A stretch of 64,000 bases of DNA, taken from contig NC_045697.1 of NCBI RefSeq assembly GCF_009834535.1, positions 102,984,001 to 103,048,000 of the forward strand, given 5' to 3'. The DNA is from Camelus ferus (lineage: Eukaryota). The notes below the pieces were generated by a model. That model made no database searches, was not told where the DNA came from, and saw nothing but the letters and a program-made list of their open reading frames with translations. This document shows positions 37,246 through 51,775 of this stretch, one piece after another; position 1 is the first letter of the stretch, and the number at the start of each line of letters is the position of its first letter. Both the position numbers and the translations under genes were made by a program.

Positions 37246-39473
37246 GTTAGTGTTTCTCGGGGTTGTTTCTGCAGCAAGGTGGGGGTGGTGGGTGTGAGAG
37301 AGACAGACATGGGCTTGTTTTTCTAGTTGCTTAATGTATATGAAGGCTTCCCGGGAGAGCGTTTCCTTGATGTAGTTTGGGAAGGGAGGAGGAACAGACG
37401 CCTGCCGGATCTTACAACTACAGTAGCTGCGGCTTTTGTTTATTTGGAGGCGCGGACGATTTTTACATGCGCTTTGCTGGACCCCCCAGTAAGGCGCGTC
37501 CCTTCGGAAAATTGAGGCGCGTCTCAGAACCAGCTCCCGAGTAAGCATCGTTGTCGTGAGTGCTGTGACCACCTGCCTTTTTCTTTCCCCTAAGGTTCTC
37601 TTGCCCTTATAGCTGAAGTTTGAAAGTAGGTGGAAGTAGGTAGGATACAGAAGTTGCCTGATCTCTCTGTTTCTGTTGCTGAAACTCGTAGCCCGCAGCT
37701 CAGTGGCAGAATATTCGCTTTTATTTCAGAACATTGCTCGCTCTAATCGCCTGTCGTGGATAACATGCCTCCTTTCAGTAACACAATGAGAAAACTATTC
37801 TCTGCCCAGGTTGATTTTTCATCTTGTTTCTGGTTACCACTTGTCGCTTTATTGGAGGTAGGTGAGCTGTATTGGAACCACTATTTAAAGAGAATGGAGG
37901 CAGAATCAGTGTTCACTACCCCCAGGATTTTTAGTTAGTATAAATATTTTGCATTAGGGTTGTTCTGACGGAGGTGCCAGGCCTCAGTATGCTGTACTGA
38001 TTGAAGTGTTTGTCCTCCCCAACCCCCTCCCTCTTCCCCATTTGCAGTTATTTGATATTTCTGTGCAGGTGGTGTACATTTGTGTAATACTGCAATTCTT
38101 AGGAAACTGTAACCAGTGTAGTGGGAGATGATTTGCTAGAGGTGGGTGATGCCAGAGCCTCTGGAGGATCTGGGCAGGGTCGGATTTCTTCTGAGGGGAG
38201 GGTTTTGTCCTTGATTTAGTTTTGACCCTTCCAACCATAGGTATGTAACCAAATACATTTTTTCTTTTTGTAGTATCCTTTGGTTTTATAACAATGAAGA
38301 GCTGATGACCTTAGCATTTTAGAGAGATGACAGTTTTTAGGCCGTTAGAAATGTTAACCTCTTACACCTCTTGGAATTTAATTTTCGTTTTCTACTGAGT
38401 TCATTAAAGCATTAATAAGAAGTCAGTCTCATTTTCCCACGTACATTTATTAGTTAAAAACTAAATTGCAGCTGGTAATTTTGATTTCTAGTAATTCTGG
38501 GTTCAGTAGCTTGGTTGGATTGGAAAAAAGAATAAACGAGTGTAATTAGACAAGAATATTTAAGCTGCAGTCGCCTACATAATCAAGGCCAAGTTGTGTG
38601 TGTGTATAAAAGATCTCATTTGTGTAGTCTTACAAGGCTAATGGAGGCATCATGGAGGCTTTATAAATAATGTAAGTTGTGTATAATATGGAGTCTCCAG
38701 AGACGGCAGAGAAAGCATCATTACCAGCCTTTTCAACCTGCCTGAGATCTTAAATTGATTTACAGCACTGAACTGGTGCAAAATGATACATCAGGATGAC
38801 ATGGGGTCAGCCTGTAAAAGTCTATGATGTCAGCCTATTAGTTCAGTCATCATAATTAAACTGTATTACAGGGGCAACTAAGCAGGAGTCTGGCGTTCTC
38901 CTTCAGATATGGGTGGTACATGGATTTTATTTGTAGTGGAAAGGCCGAACTGGCGAGGATCGCTAGCGTTCCTGAAAACGGAGAAGGGCTTACAGAACTC
39001 TGAGTCTCTGAAAAAACTGAGGATAAGTTAAGGGATGTGCAGTCTGCATTGTCTAAGTAGCTTTCCATTTGGTAGTGGAGAAATGCACACTTCGGGGGTT
39101 GCCAGTAAGGACCTTTGCAGCTCTGATCCGTGCACTGAATCAGGCTTCGTGTGAGCTTGAATTTAAGTTGGCCTTGGGGACCTTCTGAAATATCGAAGGA
39201 CCATGTACTTCATGTCTCTGATCCTTTTATTAACGCTGAGTTGCTCTTCATTGATGCATCTGCTGATAAGTTATTTTTTTTTTAACTTATAAGCTTTTGC
39301 ACAGCAAAGGAAACCATAAGCAAAACAAAAAGTTATTTCTTTAACAAGTCTAGTTATCAGGTCTCCAATGAAAACAGAGATATTTGAATTTAACATATGA
39401 ACAACTCGGGAAAAGAAGATTCTTATTCTTTTCTTAAATTTTTGGCCATCCTTATTCGGTTTATGGGTCATTT

Positions 39474-39682
39474 AGGGCTGTGCCATCCAGTAAAGCAGCC
39501 ATAACCGCACGTGGATATTTACATTGAAATTTATGAAAGTTAAATAAGAATTCATCTTCCCAGTAGCAATGGCCACATTTGAAGGGCTCAATAGCTAATG
39601 TGGCTCATGGCTCCCACACTGGGGAGTGTAGGCACAGAACTGTCATATCATCACAGAAGGCTGTGTTGGACACTGCCGCTCT
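39474..39682. mobile_element. MER3-like hAT MITE (second copy at ~43340-43520)
   Basis: gccacatttgaagggctcaatagc...atgtggct...catcacagaagg...ttggaca motif. Confidence 0.68.
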
Positions 39683-41629
39683 CCAGCCCTTGCCTCTCAT
39701 CCTCCCTTTCTGCTCATCTTTTGGCTGCTTCTCTGCTTGCTACCTGTGTGGATGAGGTGGTGGGGTCAAAGACAAACAGATACATGTCAGTTTTGCTACT
39801 TTCTGGTTGCTCTTGTTGAAGTTTGGAAGTGACAGTTGAAGCTATGGGAAAAAATGAGATTGACTTTTCAGTGGAAACATGCTTATCACTGGGGTCATGG
39901 ATTCTAATTTGATTTAGAGCTTTGGGCAGGAGAAGTAAACGGTAGCTGATTTTTTTCCTGCGTTTTTACTATGTCCTTATGTTCAATACTCATCTCATTT
40001 AAGCCTCAGAACTTCCCTAAGTACTGCTATTGTCTCATTTTACAGGTCAAGAAACTGAGTTCAGACTGATTCATCGTCCTGCCTCAGGGTACATACATGA
40101 TTATAAGCTTAGGTGTGTTGTGAACCAGGCAGTGTGACTCTGGAGCCTCCCTGTTAACTGTATCTGTATGAATACGGTTGTCCAGAATACCTAAATAATC
40201 ATTGTTCTGCTGGGCTTCATTAATTCCAGTGTAGACGTGACTTTACTTTTATTTTTTCGGCTTTTAAGCAGATTTGCCCTCTTTTGTGCTTTTCTAGGCT
40301 GTCGTCTCTTGTCTTCTTTTAAGTGCTTAATAAAGGAAACATAATGTGAATATGTACCTCAGCAGAATATAATTAGAAGAATAAATCTGACATAAAAGTA
40401 ATGCCAAATTAGTTTTATCTCTGCTTTTCTGGATAATTCCTGTCACGTTCCCCTTGCCTTTCTTTTGTATAATCATGAGCTGATGGTACTGAAAAAAGTT
40501 CTGGTATTCAGTTTATCTTGTCAAAATTAGTCTTCCCTTAGCTGTTAAATAAACCCTGCACCTTGAGAGACAAATAGTTCATTGCCAGTTCTTTGGAATT
40601 TTTTTCTTTTTACATTCAATGTTAACTTTTGTATGGTTTTACAATTCAGTCGTTCTTAAATTTTCTTTTTCTTTTCTTTTTTTTTTGGTTTAAGAATCTG
40701 ATGAAACTGTGGAGTCTGTCTCCTTGTCACTCCCACCTGCCAATCCAGAAATGCTTATATGCCCTCATAGGCTTGTGTGTACACAGAAGTACGCAAATTG
40801 CGTGACACTTCAGGTAAAGGACATCATGGGACTGCCTTGTGTTCAGAAACATTAAGATTTGTAATTTCCTTTATGAAGAATAGAGATATCGCCTGTGAAA
40901 AGCTGCTCTGAAGGTTTTCTTACCCAGCTGGATGATATCAAATTGAGCAATCTGAGGCCCATGGAAGACAGCAGACTTGCTCTCTGTCTGCCTATCTATC
41001 TGGTGATTGGAGGAGGGAAGGCCTGAATCCGGGTCACTCTCATTGTCACCTTCTCATTTGTTTATTTTTTCCTACCGCACTCGCTGTGTTCCTGGGGCTT
41101 TGGTCTGAGCATAGCCAGTGTTATTTGGGGAGGGGAGGAAAGAAGAATTTTTTGGCGTGATAGTGACTTTTTGTTCCCAGCATTGTTTGAACTGAGTAGG
41201 ATCAAGTCTGACAACCTCAGAGAGTTTTTTTTACAGACTAATACTGATTTTTTTTTTTTTTTCATTTTAGAGATGGAACAGAAAAGCCCTATGCCTGGTT
41301 TAATCTTGGGACCTTACTAGAAAATGGGTGATCTGAGATGGTATAAAGTTCAGACTAAATCAGGCAGTTCTGCTCTACGCATCTCTTTTTGCTCTCAAAA
41401 ACAAATCACATTCCCAACCAAAAGCTGCAGACAGATTGGGATATTTAGGGAAGGAGCTTGGGGGCACTAGGGAGAGAGTTGGAAAGGTCTAAGGAGAAAA
41501 AGGATAATTTACATATGAAAAGGTAGAGAAATTCCATATTAAGTCATAAAATGCCATTGAAGTTGATGGAGTGTTCTCAGTAATTGTACTTCGGTATGTG
41601 GTGTTTCTTTTCTTTTTTTAAAAACTTAC

Positions 41630-41785
41630 TATTACCGATTTATTGTAAGTGGATACAAGTCAGGAACAGCCAGATGGAAGGGAGGTACAGGCCAGGTGCA
41701 GGGAAGGGGCACAGAGTTTCCATGCCCTCTCCAGGCTCCCCTTCCTCTTGACGCCTTCACGTGGTCACCAACCTGGAAGCTCTGG
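41630..41785. mobile_element. MER21-like LTR fragment
   Basis: ggggcacagagtttccatgccctctcc...caccaacctggaagctct motif. Confidence 0.5.
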
Positions 41786-44700
41786 CTTTACTTTTTGGTG
41801 CCAAGAATAGCAGGACATGCTTTGATAACAAATAGAGGCACCTCCATTTTGCTGCGAACTGAAATCCCTTGACTCTATTCCTTTTGTGCTGTTAACCTCG
41901 GAGAGCAGCGGTTCAGTCTAATCTGGTGAGCTGCCATCTGATTTGCCGCAAAAATACCTGAAGTATTTTTTAACACTTCTTCTGGAGTTACTTCCAAAAA
42001 AAAAAAAAAAAAAAAAAAAGGCTAAGCTAAATCGCATGAATGTACTTAAAATCTAAGTCAAAATCTTCACTTTGGTGTTCCTTATTAAGATGGTGTCGGT
42101 TTTAGAGATGTACTACTAGTCATGGAAAAGTAACATTTGCAGGTGCTGTGGCTGACGTGCGGAAATAAGCGGGCTCTGTAGAGCATTCATTTCCATAAGG
42201 AAAGCTATCTTTCTGATGGGAAGAGCCAAAATTTTCTTAAACAGTTTGGCTCCAGTGACTGTATCAGATTTTTAGGCAGGTATTGGGAACTGCAGGATTC
42301 GTTAATCTTTGTGATTTTTGTTAGAAGCCAAATCAGAACTCTAGGGAAGACTCCCTCCTGAAGATAAAGCATCAAACCCTCTAAGGTTTGAAGGAATCCT
42401 TACCTGGCCATTCTCCCAAATCCCTGCTCGGTTCCTAGTGTTCAGGTAAGGAGCCTTCTTCTCTTATAAGAACGCAGGCCTGCGGTGTGGTGGATTGGTT
42501 TCTTAACTTATTTTCTTGAGATAGACAAGCCTGAATTTCAAGGAACACATATAACATATACACACACCACAGTTAATTATGCATCTGTATGCTTTGAGCT
42601 CACAATGAAAATACGTAGTCACTATGGCATGTTTGCAAAAAGGAGGGTAAGAGAGGTCTAGCTTTGGATTCAGCAATATATTCGTATGCATAAATTTTTA
42701 ATGCTTTATTTTTAGTTTCTGCTTAATTTTAGGGCAACTGTACTATATTTTTTCCTACAGTCTCGGATAGTTAGGTATAGTTACTCGAACTTCATTCATT
42801 TTCCTCTCTTTGTCTGTCTTTTGTGGTTTCTTTGTGGTGTGCTTATGCAAAGTGGAAGTATTTCAGACCTTTATAGTTTTTTTTCTTTCTGTTTCAAATA
42901 CTGCAAGAAAAAAAGGGAAACTAATTATCTTTCAAATATTATAATTAGGCATTAAATTAAGTCATTATTTAGTTAGCTAAATGTAAGATCCTTTGTTGGT
43001 TTAGACTGAAAGAAAACATGTCTTTTTAATGGAGGAGAGGGGTATTAAATATCTCCTCATTGGATAATTTTGATGCAGTATTGCAATGAGCATATGTTTC
43101 ACTTACTCAAAGATTTATTAGTTCAGAGTGGCTCAGTAACTGCAGAGAAGGCACATAAAAATGAAAAGTTAAATGCAACATTGTAAGAGTTGCTGCAAGG
43201 TAGTATCGGAGTAAGTGGTGCAAACTGCTCACCTGAGGCCCCGCATGGTATGGAAGGACAGGTGGGTTTGCGTAGGTAGGAGGAAGAGGCATTCTGGGCG
43301 AGTAGTGGTGGAGACTCGGGGGGTAAATACGAGTGTTAGGAGCTGTCCAGTAAAACTCTGTATCTACGCCATCCGATACTGTAGCCATTAGCTACAAGTG
43401 GCTGTTCTGCACTTAAAAATGTGGCTAGCACAACTGAGAAGTACTGCATTTTTAACTTTAATTAATTTATGTTTAAATAGCCACCAATTTAGCAATGTGC
43501 TGTCACTGGACAGCACAGATCTGGAGGCTGGTACGCAGCTCTGCCTGACCCCCGTTGTATTTCTGATGGGGCCCCCTGTACAACGAGCTGGGAGAGGTGT
43601 TCGGGAAGATTAAGTTGGATGAGGATTTGAGGACCTTAGCATGCCAGAACCTGGAAGCACTGGAAAGTCACTGAAGGTTTTTGAACGTGCAGTTTGGGGT
43701 GGAGGGGTAGAGCATTTATGCCAGGAGAGTAAGGAAGCTCTTTTGAGTTATCTCCCTGAGGAGGCGGGTTGTGTGAGCCAAAAAACACTTGGTGATTATT
43801 TGGCTATGGGGTAGTGGGAGAGAAAGGTGTCAGAGATTATTCTTAACTTTCCATCTTGAGTGGCTGGAAAATAATAAAGCCTTTACTTTGGAAGAGAGAA
43901 CTGGTTGTAGAAGGAATAAAGCTTGTGTGGGTGATAAATTAAAGTTGACAGGTTGAATTTGAGGTGGGGTATCTCAGTATTCTACAGGCAATTTGGCAGA
44001 TAACGTAACTAAGCTAAAGCCTAGGGAAGGGCTCAGAGCTTTACATGAAGATTCCCGGTAGTGATCTACTGGGACTAATGGGAACGATGATTGAACATTT
44101 AAGAACAGATGGATATTTGGAAAGGACCATGAACTGAAAAAAAGAGCTGGTGAGTTGAATCTTCCATTGATGCCACAATTAGGAATCAGTTGAAGGGAGA
44201 GGCATGTTTGAAGTAGACAAAAGAAGGAACGAACTAGAAGAAAGATGTGGGGTGAGAGGATGCCAAGGGAAGAGAGATTCCAGAGGTCAGTTCAAAGGGG
44301 AAGATGTTGTATGGTTCAGGATGAAGGGGAAAATGTCAGCGCAATCAAGTGAACGTAGTTGAGGGGGAAGGACTGAGTATATTAAGAAATGAGACATAGA
44401 GTCTTATATGCCCTCGAGTGACTTATGTTTCAAACTAGATGAGATGTCTTCATATTCGAAGGTTGAGGGAAAGAAGTTAATGGACAGAGAACAATCAGAG
44501 ATGATGGAGTTAGTGATCTGGAGCACAGGGGATGTGTATCCATCCGTCATGGTAAGGAGGGAGATTTGTCTGAGAAAGAAGCAGAATGGGGTCCAGGTTA
44601 GAGAGGAAAGCAGATGGCAGAGCTCACGCCAGCTGCACGGGGTTTCCTAGTAGGGTAGGAGGCTGATCAGTCTCTTCATTAGGTTGGTGAGCTGTGGGAA

Positions 44701-46554
44701 TCAGAAAGTGGTACTGGAAGTTTAAGAATAACAGAGAAGTTTTGGAAGAACCATTGTAGGTGGTTGTGAGGAGATCTATGGAGAGCTCGAAATTTGAACA
44801 GTCGAGGGAAGCCTGGGGTGAGGTTTGAGGTGGCTGTAGAGTACAGTAGGTCATTGTCGCTTTTTAGTGTGACTTGTTGGCCCAAAAGTAAGATTGGAAA
44901 GGAATGTTGGTAGAGATGATTCTGGCCTAGAGATAGCCAATAGGTTAAGAAATAAGGCTCTAGAGTCAGGTTGCCTGGGTTTCAGTCCACGCCCCAACAC
45001 TTACTTGCTTTTTATAACCTTGGGAAAGCTGCTGTTCACTTTTGAAGCTCACTTATCCTCATCTGAAAAATAGAGATAATAGTACCAGCCTCAGGACTGA
45101 TCATAAGATGAAATGAGTTAGCCTCCCATATTTAATTTAATCTGGGATGCTGCTAATTGTAAGACATTATTCCATGTACTATTGAGGAAAAAGCCATCAG
45201 TTAGTACGTGACGTACGGTTGATTGTAAACTTCCTGGTTTGGCGGGGGTGGGGGTGCGTCTTGCAGTCAGTGAAGCACAGAATACCCAAAGGACTCAGCA
45301 GTAGGACCTGGAACATAATAAGCATTCGGAAAATGTTAGCTACTTACAAAAGTCAATGTGATTTTAGCGTCTAGAATGTTAGACCAATATTGAATCTAAT
45401 CTCCATAAGGGGTCATGGGTTATGAGGAGTCTAATGGATTAAATGAATTGAAAAGAGTTAAGCGGTGGAATCCTGGTAATGAAATTGTGAGATAGCAAGT
45501 TTGGGAATTTGTACATGGAGTGTTTCCCTGGCAATTTCAGATAAAGATTTTTAAGAAAAGTATAGTAATTGAACTAAGAGAAGAAGGCCCTCTAAATTGC
45601 CCAAAGCTTTTGAAAGTAAGTGTTCTGAGTTTGTCTATGGTTTTTCTTACAGTATTCGTTAGTGTAAAAATTTTTTTTTTCATTAACGTTACAGATGCTC
45701 AGTGCAAAATGTTTCTGGCATGTATTCTCGTCATAGTGTCAGAAGGAAAGGAGGAGATTGATTCGTGTCATTTCATGAAATGGTGGGGGGCGGGAGGTAT
45801 TAATAGCTACCTGTAGAGCTCTATAAACACGGCTCCAAAGGCAGGAACCAAGAAGGAAAAATTTATGGATTTGGTGACAGTTCTGTGACCAAACACACAC
45901 TCACAAATGACCGCACACAAAATCACAACCTTTCAGTAACAAATTTGCTTCAAGTTATTCTTTGTAAGAAGCTTTTTAAATCAATAGAAAATACCACCCC
46001 TAAGAAAAATTGGTAAAGGACATGAACAGGCAATTCACAAACAAATGAAATGCAGGCTACTAATAAACAAACTGTTCTGCTGTGTCCTGGAGCAGACGTG
46101 TCACTGGAATGGGGACCTTGTCTTCTCTTTTACTTTATTGTATCGTTCTTTGCAGACCGGGAAGTATTACTCTGGGGAAACTGGGCTTTTCTCATTGTAG
46201 GAAAGGAAGCCAGATTTCCCACCTCCTAAAAGATGCTGGAGCTATAAGGAAGCATGTAAGCCGGAGTGGTAAGGGACAGGCCATCTCTATCCCATTTCCT
46301 CGGCACTGCTTTGCTGCCCTCGGGACAGGACTTGGGCTAGGAGTCTTCTCATTCGAATGTGAGGTGTTCTCAGCCCTTTAGGGGCTGTAGTTTTGTGCAG
46401 TTTCTTGATCAGCTCTCATGATCGGTGAACCTTAAGGACACCAGTGCTTTATAGAGCACATCGAAAGGGGCCTCTTTCTCTCCTACCTGAGTTGCAGTGT
46501 TTGTAGTGGAATTTCCTTATTCATACGAGACACAGTTATGGTCTTGGAACGTGG

Positions 46555-47275
46555 ATTTTTTGTTTTTTAATTGAAATATAGTTGATTTACAATGTTAGTT
46601 TCTGGTGTACAGCATAGTGATTCAGTTATACATATCTTTTTCATGATTTGTCATTACAGTTATTACAAGCTATTGAATATAGTTCCCTGTGCTATATATA
46701 CGGTAAGACCTTGTTGTTTATTATATATATAGTGCTTTGTGTCTACTAATCCCAGACTCTTAATTTATCCCTCCCCCTGCCTTTCCCCTTTGGTAATTGT
46801 AAATTTGTTTTCTGTGTCTGTGAGTCTATTTCTGTTCTGTAAATAAGTTCATTTGTATCATATTTTAGATTGCACATTTAAGTGATGTCCTATGGTATTT
46901 GTCTTTGTCTGACTTATTTTACTTAGTGTGGTCATCTTTAGGTCCATCCATGTTGCTGCAAATGGCATTATTTCATTCTTTTTTATGGCTGAGTAGTATT
47001 CATACACACACACACACACACACACAGACACACACACACCCACACCCACACCCACAACTTCTTTATCCAGTCATTTATCAGTGGACATTTAGGCTGTTTC
47101 CATGTCTTGGCTATTGTAAATAGTGTTGCTCTGAACACTGGGGTGCATGTGTCTTTTTGAATTAGAGTTCCCTCCAGATACATGCCCTGGTGTGGGATTG
47201 CTGGATCATATGGTTAGTCTATTTTTAGTTTTTTAAGGAATCTCCATACTTTTTTCCACAGTGGCTGCACCAAAT
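46555..47275 (-). mobile_element. 5'-truncated L1 (ORF2 C-terminus plus 3' UTR) with an internal (CA)n
   Basis: Minus-strand translations KDTCTPVFRATLFTIAKTWKQPKCP...WIKKLW and YYSAIKKNEIMPFAATWMDL; (CA)n at ~47004-47056. Confidence 0.92.
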
Positions 47276-50200
47276 TATTACAACATGGTTTTAATTATTG
47301 AGATGGACTAGTTCATAAGGTATTAAAGAGAAAAGCTCTCTCATGTAGTAAAACCTCCTGGGTGAGAGAAATTTAAGGAGTTAGGCATCAGTATTTAATT
47401 TCCCAGATTTTCTCTAAAGGGTAGGTAGTAGGGTCATGGGTGTAAGAAAGGCTTTTCATGTGTCACCCATAAGGCGGTTATTGGTGGGGTCCTTACCTAA
47501 CTGAAACACACTCAGTCTTACCTCAGCTTTGAGTTGTTACCTGGCCTCTAGACAGAACAGAATTTGTCAGCATCTCTGCCCCACCATCTCCTTTCTCTTA
47601 AATGATCTGCCAGTATTTCAAATTTGGAGGCAGGCGAAGGCTTTTGAATCTCACCCACAGGGTTACCACTTATGTGTTATCATCTCCTCTTCATTTTTTA
47701 TGTCCTTTCTGTGGATGGTGACTGGGAGTCAGGGGCCTGTGCATCGGTCAGACCCATTCCTCAAACTCTAAGCTAAATTGGGGAGGGAGGATGAAAGCTG
47801 GCAAAATGTCTTAATTTTATCAAAATTGGTCATTAATTTTTATGGGTAGCTTTTCATGGAAGGGAGTGATCATGCTGCCTTGAATGTTGCCTTGGAGAGT
47901 ACACATTTAGCCCTCTGCAGCCCAGGACAGCTGCCTGGATGGAGCTTACCATCTCGTCTGTCACAGCTTTCCATTGTGCTCCGTGTCCGCTGCGGGCTTT
48001 GCAGTCTGGCATATTTATTAACAACCTCTGTATTTCCCCCATGTTCTTGTTTGTGTGCTCAGGACTTCTGTTCGGTTCGTTCAAGCTTGAGAGAATGTTT
48101 GATTGGTTTCTAATGGTCTTCTGTTAACTGTGAACAAAATTAACTTGATTATTATTGAAATGATTGGCACCCAGACTTATATATGGCTTTTATTTGCACT
48201 TAAATGCTGAAGAGTTTTGTCCTGTCAAATCGTGGGGCTGAAGTGTTGATCTGTATTCCAGAAAAGTCTCCTTTAGAATAGGTACATCCTCACTGAGCTT
48301 CTGCTTTTTGTTGAGCCAATATTAATCCATTCAGCAAGTTCTTCCTGCGTCCAGCACTGGGCTCTGTTTCAGGGAGGTTTGGAGAAACGTGTAAGTCAGT
48401 TTCTGCCCTACAGAAGTAATCCTACTGCTAAGAGGAGACTATGGTTATATGAAAACTTAAGTAACAAGCCATCGTTATTAATGTCATATCATCTTAGTTG
48501 GAGGCTGTTTCTCCAGTTGGGGCAGCCTTTAAACATCACGGGACTGGTAAGGAACTGATGTTGTTGGAGAGCTCTTGTGTCCTGCCCACTTCCAGCTTAG
48601 CTGATTCTTTCAGCAAGTTTTTGAGTGTCTGTATTTATACTTATAGTGTATCTCTTGTGCAGCTTGATAAAGTTGGGATAAGGGATCATACATGTAGAAT
48701 TTGCACTGACATCTTGTAACTTGGAGCTTGTCTGCTGTGGCTTCTGTTTTACTAGCTTTTGTTACAGTTACTAATTCTTTGGACTGAGTTCCTGAGTGTG
48801 TGTGGACAGTGCAGTGTCTTTCTGATCTTGATGTTAACACTGTGGTTCTTGCTTTGTCTGCACATCAGAATCCCATGAACAACCACCACGACAAAAATGC
48901 CAGGCCCTCCCTGAGAGGGCCTGTTCTGGGGTTGGGGGCCTGGTGGCTTTTCAACAGGCACCACAGGTGAGTCTTACGTACAGCACTGTTAAGGACTGTC
49001 GGCTGGACACACAGTACTGATGTGGTAGTGAGTTTTTTCATATTGATGTGCTTAAACACGTGCTGGGAAGCAGGACCTGGGGTGTGTTGTGGGTTCGTTG
49101 TGAGAAGAACTGTGTCTTGTCCATCCAGCAGCACGTGGTGCCCTGTGATGCCTGTCACAGCTGCTCCAGACGCCCCCGGCAATTCTGACGGTTAACTTCT
49201 TTGCTCCCCCTTTTTTTCTTTGAGGAGAAAAGAGATAGGAAGAAAGGATATGTGTGTCTGAGCTCTTTCCCTTTTTCCTCCTTGAAGGAATCAGCAGTTC
49301 TTGTGTCCTCGGGTCTGGAAGGGGAGCTGATAAACAAGCCTGCCGTGGCCCTTGTAACTGTAAGCGTGGGGATGCTGGGAGCTGGATCATACCCATTCTC
49401 CTCCTCCTGCACCTTTATGTTGGTGATAAGTGCTTGAAGAATTGTTCGGTTACATGGTGTATTACTGGCTCTCTTAAAACGGACAAAGGAGGAGAACTTG
49501 GGTTTTGAAGTCTTCTAAGAGCACTCTCTTTATTAGGTTTTTTCATCCCGATTGGAAAATCTCTCACCGTGGGGAGGTTAATGGCTAGAACTGGACTGAG
49601 CAAGTGATCTGAGGCAGAAGAGGGCTAGATTTATGGTCCGGGTCTCACCTAATCCTGTAGGTGCTGCTTGCTTGTGTCCGCAGCATGATTTCCCTCACCC
49701 CGTGCAGGACGGTGTGTCCGTCCTCTTAGCTGGGGGCAGGGCTTACTGTTCTGGGAGAGGGCTGCTGCTCTTTGTTCAGTTTCTCCTCTGACGTGGCCAG
49801 GTGAACGCTTGTAAGGCCAGTTTAGTTTTTGGCAGATTGAAAACAGGGCGTCATTGATCATCACGTGGAGGAGAGTGATATCTGGCTGATCTCAATGGTT
49901 GTTTCAGAGGTTATGTAAACTCTGATTTTGAGAGGTTACTTTATTCTTCCAAATGACAGATTTACTGGAAAGGGGGACAAGACCAAATTGCTCTTGAAAT
50001 ATTTGAATAATACAAAACCTTTCTTTGGTAAGAAATTCATGCATTGAGAAATTTTAAGGATATTTGAATTGTTAGTGGAAAGGGGACTAGGGGGCTAGAA
50101 TGGGAAGGAAACTTGCTTTTTGCTATAATGTGCCATTTTGTAGAACTGAATTTTTTGAGCATGTGATTGAGTTCTTTAATAAAAAGTACCTTCCCCCCCA

Positions 50201-51775
50201 GATCATATTCATTCAGAATTAGGTCATATATCCCCACCATACAGGAAAACGTTTCCCTGAGAATCCTAGTTCAGTGATACCCCATTCTGTGCAGGAACAC
50301 TTTCAGTTATTTTTTTCTGTATAAAAAGATAAATCTTGCTGCCTCTTGATCATAATACTGTCTTCTGGAGCCATGTAGAAGAAATCTATGACCTACTTTC
50401 AGTTTTTACTTATTTTTATATTGGGGTGTTAAAATTGCAAACAGTGATTGGTTGTGAGTGAAAATGGTCTGCTCCTCTACACGCCCCTCCTCCCCAGCTC
50501 ACAATCAAGGCAACCACTTGTTCACATTTGTTTCCTTCCAGGCTTTTAAAGATGCACACATTATACATGGACAGGTTTTGTTTCTATTTGTGTTTTTAAA
50601 ATGGGATTGTACTATGTGTACTTTTTAATTGAACAATTATAATACGGTTTTCTTTCCCTTGTAGACATGAAAACCTGTCCTTTTTCTTCTCTTTTTTTTT
50701 TTTAACAGTTTACATCATTGTTGCATGTACAATAATTTGTTTAATTGTTCCATTATTGTTGGATGTCTGGGTTATTTGGAACATGAATGATCTTGAGCAT
50801 AGATCAGGCTCGGCTGAGGATGCGGCTTCCCTTGTAGCTATCTCAGATTGTGGCTGTTTTCTCTCATAACCCCCATACCACGGGGCCGGGAGATGGGGGC
50901 TTCTCATCGCCCCGCCCAGAACTCTCTTCCCACGTCCTCCATGAAAGCCCCACACATGTGATTCCCCCACACTTCCCTTCCTCCTTAGTCACTTACTGCC
51001 TCACTCCCCGTCCTCCACCCCAGTCCCTGCAGGATTTAGTGTCCAGTCGTTGTCCCCTTTCAACTGCTCCAGTGATAATTTTTGACTGCTTCCCCAGGGA
51101 CCTTTGACCCCACCTCAGGGACTCCTGGTCCTGGAATATGAGATCTTGCACTTCTAAAAATTAAACAGACTTCTCCAACTTTATGGTTAATTTTTTTCTT
51201 TATTAATTAGAAGAGCGTATTCATTCATAGCCATACCTTCAGAAGACGGGATCTAGAACCTGATCGCTTCTGCTGGGCTGAGCCAAACCCGTGTCGCCGT
51301 GAGCTGGAACAGTTGCTGTAGCTTCCTAACTGGTCTCTTTACTGCTCCCTACTGCTAACACTCCTCCTCCTCCTTCCTCCCCCCTCCTTCTTCCTCCTCC
51401 TGCCCTCCTTTCAGTCTGCTCCGCCCAGCCAGAGCCCTCCTGTTAAGCTGGAAGCCGGTGAGGGCTGGTATCTCTGCTCCCCAGGGTTCCCGTCTCAGTT
51501 CAGAGGGAAAGCTGTGAAGTCCTTGCGGCTGTCCTGTCTGTCCCCTCCCCGTCCTGCCCCTCCCTCTCCATCCCAGCCGCGTTGGGCCCCTCACTGTCCC
51601 TGGAGCATTGCCGGCCCTTTCCCGCCCCACGGCCTCTGCCCTTGCTGCGCTCCTACTTGGGATGTGCGTCCCCAGGTCTCCCCGTGGCTCTGTCGCTCAC
51701 TTTGCAGGCTTCTGTTCAACAGTGAGGCCTTCCCTGACTGCTACAATGTAGGTCTCATGAGGGCATGGACTTTTT

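Larger units (their letters stand above)
35780..37560. promoter_or_regulatory. SMAD1: CpG-island promoter of SMAD1
   Basis: Abrupt shift to very GC- and CpG-rich sequence with GC boxes (GGGGCGG at 36581; GGGCGTGGGG at 35940), no obvious TATA box and no interspersed repeats; ~25 kb upstream of the coding exon. Confidence 0.93.

Noticed and set aside
35897..37326. Long overlapping ORFs on both strands (up to 364 aa), rich in R/G/P/A
   Set aside because: Expected from stop-codon scarcity in a CpG island; low complexity and no recognisable domain.
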